The notes under the pieces: model-generated
The model's input: only the letters and a program-made list of their open reading frames with translations
Told to the model about the DNA's origin: nothing
The model's database searches: none
From: Tubiluchus corallicola
Lineage: Eukaryota > Animalia > Priapulida
Assembly: GCA_030141605.1 (NCBI GenBank)
Contig: JAQGDQ010001299.1
Span: 1-48,838 of the forward strand
Direction: 5' to 3'
DNA: 48,838 nucleotides
Made by a program: the position numbers and the translations under genes
In this document: positions 39,101 through 48,838 of the stretch, piece by piece
How the letters are laid out: each line of letters starts with the position of its first letter
How positions within the stretch are numbered: position 1 is the stretch's first letter

Positions 39101-42100
39101 ACTTGCATAAACTTATTAACTGCTTCCTTAACTAATGCCAAAAATGACACCCAAAAACTTATGCGTATAATCAGAAACGTACATTGCACTTACTCCGCTG
39201 CTAAACGTCTGTGCTTGACACTCAATTAATACATGTTTCATCATTGCCTGATTCGTCGTCTGAATATTTAAACATGCAGTAAGAGGTCCAAAATTAACTA
39301 AACACGCAAAATTGCAAGATGCTTGTTTCACAATATGCAAGTAACAGTTAAGCTTATTTTACTTTGTGTTCCTGCTTCTATACTGATATCATGTGATGAA
39401 ATTTTTATGAGTGATATTTCTTCTTTGTTGAATTTGCTCCCGTTTTTAAGATCACTGTTTTGATTGACCTTGATATTCTATGAGTTTTGTGTCCTGGTGG
39501 CAGACCTCATCCATGCAATCCCACCAGATCAAGCTGTCCTATTTAGAAAGCGGCAACATGATTTCCCTTCTTCTTACTACAACCTTCAATGATTTTCCGA
39601 AGTTCTGGTAAATTGTCAGAATTTTGCTTGATAATATCTCATAACGCGATTATGAATTTGACGTCAACGCAGCTGTAAACTGGTCCCTTGCTTTTTGGGA
39701 TCGTACAATTTATCTTGTGCTTATGCTGTCAAATGTCGAATTCATTCTAGTGTGTGGCCAAACAGGTGTATTTGTCAGCCAGCTCCTGTAGTTGTCTTTT
39801 CCAAGTTTTTTGTTGTTCTTTTTGAAGAGGAGGCTCCTTAAATACTTCTCAATGCGGGAGAATGAGAATCATCTTTGTTACTACACTGAAGTTTTCCTAT
39901 TCTCTCCATTACAATTTGTTATAAAATACTAACATCACATGTCAAATTGAACTGTACAGCTTTTATCTAAACTTTAAAGATAAATCGTGTTATTTTTTCT
40001 CACTGTTTTACCGATTTTAACATCTTTATGAATGCTACCAAATGTGTGGTACCATTTTAACACATTCTGTTTACTGTTTGTCCGTTTGGTTGTCTTTGAG
40101 TTTCTCTATGAGTTTTATGTTTGCGTACTAAAAGATTTCCCAATATTGCCACGCTAGAAATCCTGTGACTCTTGTCAGTATTCGGCTAATATTCTAGATC
40201 ACTTTTAGAGATTGTCTACCTTTTTGCAGACAGTCCGTCACAGACTAATAACTAAATGAACATTCACATGCACATACATGCTAAACTCTTCCTGAAATGC
40301 AAATAATAAAAAACTGAAATAAAATTCGTGCTATGCTAGTTCATCTACAAGTGGTGATTGCTACAAGACTCAACAGGATGTTCTGTGATTAACAACACAA
40401 ATGTGATGTCTCTCTCTGCACATATGGTTCATTGAAGCACATAATGAATGCTTCTTACTATCTATTGTCTAATATCGGAGCATTTGTTTGAGCGTGGTCA
40501 TTATATTTATTGACTTGCTTCCATTCTTCTTTGTATAGTGTTGGTAATTTATACAGTTAGTTTTTAAAATGAAAGAAGATTCTGGGTGGATAAACCTGTG
40601 AAGAACCTGAGCTCTAATCTGGATGGTTGGTTACATTAACTCAACTGTTTCTTTGTAAACTGATGCACTCATTGTAATTGGACTTTTCAGTCGTTGTCAG
40701 TTTAGTAACTACTTCAGCATGACTTTCAGTTTGAATTCTAATACTCTTCAAGCTCCATTTCCACAACAATGTGAAAATAGTCGAAGTGCTTCAGTTTCTC
40801 ACATTATATTTTCTGTTGCAATGATTTGAAACTGAACATCACGAGGTTGTACCTTCAACCACGCCCAACACTTCTGCTCCCAACTCTGCCGTGATGCATG
40901 CACACAGGTTACACACGGATCTTCTCTCTTTGCACAACTGTTGAATATATCTGTTGTTGTGCCGGTTCTGTTTATCACTTTCGTAGCTCATGATTATCTC
41001 TTTGCAGAATGTTGTCAATTTGTAAATGTTTTAGCATCATTGTGTGTGTCAGTTTCTTTCACAGACATGCTCAGTGATACGCAAACAGTTTTTTAGTCTT
41101 ACATTCACTAATCAGTGTCCAATTCCTTGAGCACTTGTAATGTTTACCGATGCTTTCTGTTTTGGCAATTCGCTTTCACTTGCAATAATCTGTTGACCAT
41201 GTTTTGTAGTGGAAGTACGTTTAAGCAATTTGACACTATATATAGTATGCAATCTATGTAATTCTTTAATTTCGATTATGCTGGATATGAGAAAAGTCCA
41301 ACTAGGTCAGCATTCAGGAATCTTATTCTCTTGATAAGACCTCATTACCACCTCATCTTTCTCATCATCAGGATCATTTACAACCTCCTCAAGGACAGTT
41401 AACAGATCATCTGCACACAGCGTGCCGACATCTTTATGCTTTGAATGTAGTGGATTGAATCAAAGTGCCCAGATCGGGGAAATTTTAGCCAACTTATGCT
41501 TTTATTTTTCATTTCATCTGCAAAAAATGTCACAGTCATCTTACTCAATGACAGTTAACAGATCATCTGTACACCGTGTGCTGACATCTTTGTAATGTAG
41601 TGGAGTAAATCATACTCGCTCGTATCAATTTCTCTTGGCTTAAGGTACATTAAGTTCCTTCAGGTAAGATGGTTAGCCAGGCAGAACGTCAATGCCTATA
41701 TAAACGAAAACATGAAAAAGACATAAGAAGAACACTAAGAACACTACTTGTTCATTTATATGAACACTCCAAACTACGAATAGCTTAAAACTTTTAGACA
41801 GGAATTTTACCAGGCCACACCATACAATGATATCATGAAATTTGGGAAAAATGAACTGTGTCCAGATCGGGGAAACTTTAGCCAACTTATGTGTTTATTT
41901 TTCATTTCAGCTGCAAACAATTTTGCATCATCTTTAGCAATATAGCCCCTCTGCCTTCATTTTTTATTCAAAGTACTCAGGCTGTACTTTAGTATTCCAA
42001 TTTTTGTAGCAGTCCGATTCACACTTGTTCACATTTTAACTTGCAGCAATGTTCCTTTTTGATTGGTTTACTACAATACAATAATTTGTCCTTCATTCAT

Positions 42101-45100
42101 CACATACACTTATTTTCGTACAACCCACGATTAAATGATGTGTAAAACTAATCTGAGCTGTGCAGCTTCTTGATGTGATGGTCCAAGTATTATTTAAATA
42201 CATTTTCTGAAGTGGGGTATTCGTTGTGCAAAAGGTAAGATTAGGTTATTTTAAGGACATTATTAAAACACAGAAAGAATGAACATTAATACGGACGGGT
42301 ATGAAAATTGGATATGTCAGAGAAACTTTGCCCACAATTTTTCAGAAACTCAATGTTGTGCAATATATAGTATGCAATCTATGTAAGCTCACATATCTCG
42401 ATTTGTCGGACAGAAGCGATGAGATGGCGGTTCGTATTTGCTGATTGTCCGTATCTCCCGATACTAAACTAACACGGTAGGCGCTGTGTGTTAGACTCAT
42501 GGTATTGTAGAATCAATCGCCTAATTGTCTCAGAAACATCTAGTACGACCGTTCCTATGCATTTTGTGACCATAGAGAGCCTCTAAGTGGACTTAAAATA
42601 TCAATTACCTTGTTTCATGCATAATTTAAAATACCCAACTATCAAGGATACATGATACCTAATTGTCTCAAAAACGTCTAAGTACTGGCCGCTCCTATGC
42701 CAATGTATATAAAAAACTGTCTGCAATTGACTCAAATCACTCCACATAATTGACCTTATATTTTTATACATAACGATACACGTGGTTACACTGATGTAAT
42801 GATGTAAACAAAGTGACGGCCTGCCAACTAGCGGTCGACTCGTGTCAACAGTCAACAGACTGTGTCCATAGTATGCGGGACTTTTTAACGGTCCAGATTT
42901 TGTCCGATTCTTCTGATGTTTGTAAGAACAAGGTCTGACAAACTGAGATATGAGTTGTGGTACTTTGCTCTTCAGATGCTACAGTAAGCTTTCTATACAT
43001 TACACAAAGCAATGTTAATAAAAAAGGGAAAATCGGGAGAACAATTTTCCTTAATTTTTTCGACAGTTTAAAAACTTTTGCCTATTCCTTTTAGGAAAAG
43101 TACTATCCCGAGTTCTATACGGAGCTGAAGGAGTCTTTCTTTAGTGTTGAAAAGGGACAGGCCCTCGCTAAAATAATCGAAGAACTGTACGGTGGACGAC
43201 AAAAAATTAAAGTCAAGGTATGTTTTCTCTACTTCCTTGTTTAACACATACTATGATGTAGCTTATGATAATCAGAATGTCTCACAGAGGGCGCTGTGGA
43301 ACTGCAGCATCCCCCATTTCCTGTTGATCATTCCGACTGTCGCTAGTTGCTAGAAAACATCAAATTCTCGAGGATCTATCTACTCTTCACATGCACCATA
43401 GAGCCCCGGGAACTGCATTTTCTATCCCACACGAATCAACAAAAGACTTGTGCCAAAGGTTTTTGCTGAAATTCCCAACCTGCAAACTTGATTAACCTGT
43501 GTGTCAAACGGCATTCAGTTCCGTTCAATAAAATTTCTTTTCATCTGTCTCATACCGCTAGTTTACGTATAACAAAGTATAATTAGTTAAAAAAGATTAG
43601 TTATTACTTACAAAGATTATCACAAATGATTAATAGTTAAAAAGAAAGACAGGGTTGAGGAAACCTTATGGTCGCCGGGCTCCCACGCCTCACTCAAGAT
43701 GCCATTATAATAGTTTTAGTCAGTAACATTGGTAAGCAGTTTTATTTAAGTAACTTTAGAAATTTAAGTTTTACTACAAAAGTTAATCTAATGAGTTTTT
43801 AAATATACAGTTAACCTCGGGTATAAGGTACTCGCTTGTAAGGGACATTCGTTTATAAGGAACCTGCAAAAACTCCGATCCTGATTTTTCGTAACGTTTT
43901 TCCTTATAAAAATCTCCGTATATTAAGGTACTTGGATATAAGGGACGATATCTTCATGTCCTGTGTAATTGAAATCCAGGTGAATTACCTCACATATGAG
44001 GGACCCTATGATCAAAGCGAAATTGATTTGATTTTTAACCTCAATTTTTCGCAAACTCTGTCTTCGAACAACTCGGTTTCCGCGGTCACATACATCTCGC
44101 ATCACTGAAGGAGTTTCCTGTATACCGTTTGCACTGAATGTGTAGCAATAATCCATAAAAATATGGACAAAAGTGCAGAAAAGTACAGGTCTAGATACGC
44201 CCTCGGTCTGACTCAACTTTGGCTATAAGGTACATCGGATATAAGGGACGATTTTTTTCCGGTCCGGAGGTGTCCCCTATATCCGATGTTGACTGTAAAC
44301 GCATCGCAAGTTTGTTAAGACATACGCTTGTAATATACTAATTGCATATTAAACGAAACATTAATTTTACTAATCTGTTAAATTTGTTTAAAAAATCGTT
44401 AACGTTTTGCAGAGAGTTATTGATAATTTTGATGAAATTATACGGGCCGGCTTGGGCAATAATTTCCACACCTTTCGGAAGTATGTTGCCAATTCGTTCG
44501 ACGTACCGAAAGATGGCAAGCGTGCGAGTCCTGCCGTTTACTTAGGTAAGTTTCATAGTTACTTATTTTCTGATTTTTTGCTTTTTGATGTTTATTAAAA
44601 ATATTCTTCACGGCTGTATTTGCAGCGAAAAATATAGTCTTTCTGCTTGCTAGTTTGAGAATTCTCTACCGAAATGCAAATTCGAATTGAATCGAATTTG
44701 TAACTTTCAGTTTTTCGAATTGATTTTGAAAGATTTTCGAACAATTTTTCGAACCAGCAGTAAAAAGTAGTCTTACAAAGATCGTGAATATTGCTCGATT
44801 TTGTCAGTATTGCATAATTAGTCAATATATGTGTGCTTGCAAATCAAAACTGTCCATAGTTAAAAGTAGTAGTAGTATTAGTAGTAGCCTTCAGAGTAGA
44901 AAGCAACAAAAATCTGGTGAAATGTTTTGTGTTTTGTAAAGACAATGCTACATATATTGGACTTTTATATTCTAGCATCAAATCATCAGGAAAATGTTAA
45001 AAAAATATTAAAAATCTAATTTTATAACCCACTTTTCTGCTTAAAAGCTACTACTACAATTGTAAAAAAACATATTTTTCAGTCTCCAATAGTAGCTCAT

Positions 45101-48100
45101 GGACTCAGCCATTTTGCTTTGGGTTTTTCTGCCGCTAAGCCCAGACGTTTAAAGTCCGTAGAAACCATCCTTTCATACGGTTGCTAAGTGCTAAATGCAA
45201 CAAAAAACAATGGCTAACTTTAACAGCGACTTTCTCAAGATTGTTTTTCAGTGTGCAGCCTGCACCTCAACTTCAACATGGATTATCTCAGCTTAGAAAT
45301 ATCATAGAGCGATGAACTTGGTATCAAAATGATCCTCATGAAATGGAGAGTCAGGATACGTGAATAACTAGAAAAGCTTAATTGTTGACTTATGCACGAT
45401 TTTGCTACGCAAGCACACGTACTATATTATATTATATTTTAACCAATTTCACTTTAGTTTTTTATTGTAAACGAAATTTTAACACTGAAGAGTTTTTTAC
45501 GGGGGGTGTAGTTGGAAAACCGGATGAGACAATAGACGCGCAAGAAAAGGAAGTAGTACCACTCGTTGAGGATGTTGTGCCGCACACCACCGCAACGTCA
45601 ACGGCCGAAGCGGGAGAAGCGGGAAAGCAGCAGACCAAATCGAAGAGAACCGAAAAGGAAAGGAACGACAAGAACCAGCCTTCCAAACAGCCTGAGTCGT
45701 CAGTCAACAAAAGAAAGGCAGCTTTGCTAAATAAACCACAAGGTATCTTTTCTGGAAAAAAAGTGAAAACTGTAACTAATTGAGGAGTTAAAGCACAGGA
45801 AATCCCTTCACTTACATAAAGCTTTAAAAAATATCATAAAATTTTATACCACTTAGATAGTGCCCTTAAGCATGCAAGGCTTGCGTCTGCAGTAACGCTG
45901 TAGAAAATGTAAATGTAAACTCCTGCGATGACCGTTAGATGCGGCCATTTTGACTATAAGTCATTTGAAACAAGTTTAGATAACACTGAGTAAAATTTGA
46001 AAAAATAATCAGAGCATTCGTATCACACACGTCACTAAATGAGTAAAATTTTAAATTACTGTATCTTGGCAATAAGATTAAAATACGTTTTTGGTTAGTG
46101 AGTGGTGCACCCTGGAGGGTGAGTCAGCGACATTTTACCAGTTGGCACAAACATTTTAAATTATTATTTCTAGTTACTTAAGTCTTTCCAGCATGTAAGT
46201 GAAATGCTAAGTAATATGGATTTGTAGTTTTTTGGTACACAATTTAACATTGCCTTTTCTTCCCCTGATTTACGTGGCGTAGTGTATTCTTCAAAACAGT
46301 ATTGCGGGAGATTTAAAATGAAAACAAACGAAAATTCCTTTCAGCGCAAGTACGATATGTGCATAAAATTACTGCAAAGTAGTATAATTTTTTAAGGCGA
46401 TTTTTCTGAAACCTACTTCAGGTGCCCCTTTTCTTGTGCTTTAACATATACATTTAATGTAATCATGTCATATTGTAATTCCTTTTCATTTACCAGTTAC
46501 ATTTTACTACTTGGCACGAACATTTTAAATTATTATTTCTAGCTATATAAGTCTTTCGTGCAGGAAAGCCGAATGATAAGTAACATAACTTTGCATGGAA
46601 AGTTTTTTTGGGGCATATTTTAACATTTCCTTTTCTTCCCTTGATTTATACGATGTGCATACGATGTAGGAACAGTATTACGGGAGATTTAAAAAGAAAA
46701 CAAACAAAAAATCCTTTCAATGCGAGAATGATATAAGTATAAAATTTCTGTAAAGTAATATAATTTTTTTATGGTGATTTTTCTGAAAGGTACCTCTCAG
46801 AAAGGTGACTTTAGTTACCCCTTTTTTGTGTTTTAAATCATTGGTCTTTGTCCTGTTCAACCTTGCTTAACCCTTTCACTACGGAAGCCATCACACTGCT
46901 GCCTTTGTTTTTCATGCAAGGCCGGAGGGCGGCTGCCACCTAAGCTCAGCATTAAGCCCAGTCACCCAGGTCTGTTTATTTCACTGCTATGGCCGTTCAA
47001 AACATTATAGAAAGCTTTAACAGCCGTGGGATTGGGGTTGTAGAAAAGTTTAACAGGAGTGGGATTGGGGTTGCTTTGCAACGAGTAACACTAACTAGCC
47101 AATCAGAGTTTGAAGAAAGGTGCATTCCACAATACTGTACTGTATGGTCTGTTCCTATGCAAAATCACTTGTAGATCGTGTTGGTGAAACATATGTTTAG
47201 TTGAGTGTTCTGCATTCTTATAAAATGATTGCATATTATGGATTTGTATTGTACCTTTTGTGAAAACTGGTTTCTAAATATAAGTATATGCTTATTTTTG
47301 AGAGTGTGCACGTGTGTGTGTGTGTACACGTGACTGCATGTATGTGTGCTTGCATGTGTGTGCATGTGTAGAAATAAAACTAATATTTGATATTAGTACT
47401 CAATAACGAACAACTATTTGTTTATTTACAAGATTCTGTTTTAGTAACGCACCACAAGAAGTTATTTTCAAATGTGCAAAATTCAATGTGGCCCAGTTAA
47501 AAGGTAACTTCGTAGTGAAAGGGTTAATTCTTAAATCAATGCTCAACCAGTAGAAGCAGCTTCATGGCGCTCCTTTTTCATTAGACAAATTACTGCATGC
47601 AATGTGACAGATAAAACTCCCAGAGGTAATATTATAGTAGTCACCAATCCATCTACTAAGCAGGTTCGATGTTGCTTGCACTTGGTTGCTAAGCATACAC
47701 CATCAGCACACAGTTATTGCTTTTATTTTGTAAGACGTGCGTAATAACGTACTACACTAAGTACTTATATTTATAACACATTTATATTTAAAATTGTATA
47801 TTTATATTTGTATTTATTTTGTACTTAAAAATTATTTATAGGCAGTGATACAAGACGTGCTAAACATGCCAGACAAGATGAGAAACATATTCCAAGTCTT
47901 TTTGACCTTCCGCCCATTAATCCTGCTATGCTGAACAAACCGCAAAATATCGCGCAGCTTAATCACCAAATGGCTCACCAGATGGAGTTGCAACAGCACC
48001 AGCAGCAAGCGTTTATCATGCAGCGGGAACAGCAAATTGCCGCGCAGCATCAGCTGCTAGCCACTCACCAACTTGCCGAGCAGATGGCGCTTGCGCAGGA

Positions 48101-48838
48101 ACAAGAGTTTCTGAAACAGCAGATGATGAAGGAGGTCGCCGCTCAGCAAAGAGGTCTGCTGGACCATGAACTGATGAGCGGTCAAATTGCAACGCAAAGA
48201 CATCTGCTGGGTCAAGAACAGAGGAACGGCCAGGCAGCACAGCAGAGAGGCTTACTGGATCGTGAACGTGTCCAGCGACAGCAAGCGCTGCAAGGACAGT
48301 CGTTTCGACAACAACAACGGCAAAGCGAACAGGCAACTCGACTGTTAGATCACGATGCTAACAGGAATATTCCCAGACCAGATCGCGAACGTGTCCAGCA
48401 ACAGCAAGCGCTGCAAGGACAGTCGTTTCGACAACAACAATGGCAAAGCGAACAGGCAAGTCGACTGTTAGATCACGATGCTAACAGGAATATTCCCCGA
48501 CCGGATCGCGAACGTGTCCAGCAACAGCAAGCGCTGCAAGGACAGTCGTTTCGACAACAACAATGGCAAAGCGAACAGGCAAGTCGACTGTTAGATCACG
48601 ATGCTAACAGGAATATTCCCCGACCGGATCGCGAACGTGTCCAGCGACAGCAAGCGCTCCAAGGACAGTCGGTTCGGCAAGAACGGCCAAGCGAACAAGC
48701 GAGTCGACTTTTAGATCACGACGCTAACAGGAACATTCCCCGACCGGATCGCGAACGTGTCCAGCGACAGCAAGCGCTCCAAGGACAGTCGGTTCGACAA
48801 CAACAATGGCAAAGCGAACAGGCAAGTCGACTGTTAGA
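27113..48838 (+). CDS. Uncharacterised protein with three U1/matrin-type C2H2 zinc fingers and Q-rich repeats, 3'-partial; exons 27113..27183, 28148..28877, 29726..29869, 30514..30601, 31684..31764, 38940..39079, 43095..43217, 44413..44545, ~45458..45742, 47842..>48838
   Basis: All junctions GT-AG and phase-compatible; splicing assembles CSIC-x12-H-x5-H, CKLC-x12-H-x5-H and CTIC-x11-H-x5-H; last exon is stop-free for ~1 kb to the window end. The exon 9 acceptor is ambiguous and the start codon is inferred. Confidence 0.8.
31130..31486. repeat. Mirror 35-bp minisatellite, ~10 units
   Basis: 150 bp shorter than the left copy. Confidence 0.95.
31988..32537. repeat. Mirror 63-bp minisatellite
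   Basis: Same length as left copy, different unit variants. Confidence 0.95.
34712..36010. repeat. Mirror ~85-105-bp satellite
   Basis: Near-identical reverse complement of 1502..2800. Confidence 0.95.
36236..37260. repeat. Mirror 57-58-bp minisatellite
   Basis: Reverse complement of 300..1272 with one more complete unit. Confidence 0.95.
37960..38158. repeat. 66-bp x3 tandem repeat
   Basis: gaYgttgctt at 37961, 38027 and 38093; each unit contains the palindrome caccattaatggtg. Confidence 0.92.
42387..42956. mobile_element. Possible degenerate TIR element
   Basis: catatctcgatttgtcggac near 42393 vs gtctgacaaactgagatatg near 42933; internal ~40-bp direct repeat at 42521 and 42659; no clear TSD. 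Confidence 0.4.
43808..44295. mobile_element. Tc1/mariner-pogo-type MITE
   Basis: TA|cagttaacctcgggtataagg ... cccctatatccgatgttgactg|TA imperfect TIRs with TA TSD; internal tataagg subterminal repeats. Confidence 0.8.
46130..46830. repeat. Diverged ~370-bp tandem duplication
   Basis: acattttac..ttggcac.aacattttaaattattatttctag at 46130 and 46500, colinear for ~300 bp. Confidence 0.8.
46871..47523. mobile_element. piggyBac-type MITE
   Basis: TTAA|ccctttcactacg ... cgtagtgaaaggg|TTAA; 13-bp perfect TIR with TTAA TSD. Confidence 0.85.
48258..48838 (+). repeat. 123-bp coding tandem repeat (41 aa), at least 4.7 units
   Basis: Units start at 48258, 48381, 48504, 48627 and 48747; the only length variant is a 3-nt deletion. 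Confidence 0.93.

Noticed and set aside
39400-41400. Possible decayed DNA transposase on the minus strand
   Set aside because: Only short motif-like scraps among many stops; needs TBLASTN against a transposase library.

Overview
AT-rich, intron-containing animal (probably invertebrate) genomic DNA; nothing prokaryotic and no CRISPR array. The first 37.6 kb is a giant imperfect palindrome: 1..16679 is the reverse complement of 21080..37558, and the left arm runs off the window start. The arms flank a 4.4-kb single-copy spacer holding one complete three-exon RNF181 RING E3 ligase gene. Each arm carries the 5' exons of an uncharacterised multi-exon gene pointing outward. The right copy can be followed for 10 exons to the window end: acidic/K-E-rich N-terminus, three U1/matrin-type C2H2 fingers, then a Q-rich region with 41-aa repeats. 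Each arm also has an inward-pointing C1q-domain terminal exon, a decayed CR1/L2-type LINE, a MITE with a 9-bp TSD and several intronic minisatellites. Just downstream of RNF181 is a ~430-bp RTE-derived non-autonomous retroelement with an 18-bp TSD, whose 5' end is a twister ribozyme starting at the predicted cleavage site; the inner palindrome breakpoint lies inside this element. Gene models were built by hand from splice sites and reading-frame phase; family assignments are from recalled motifs, not database searches.
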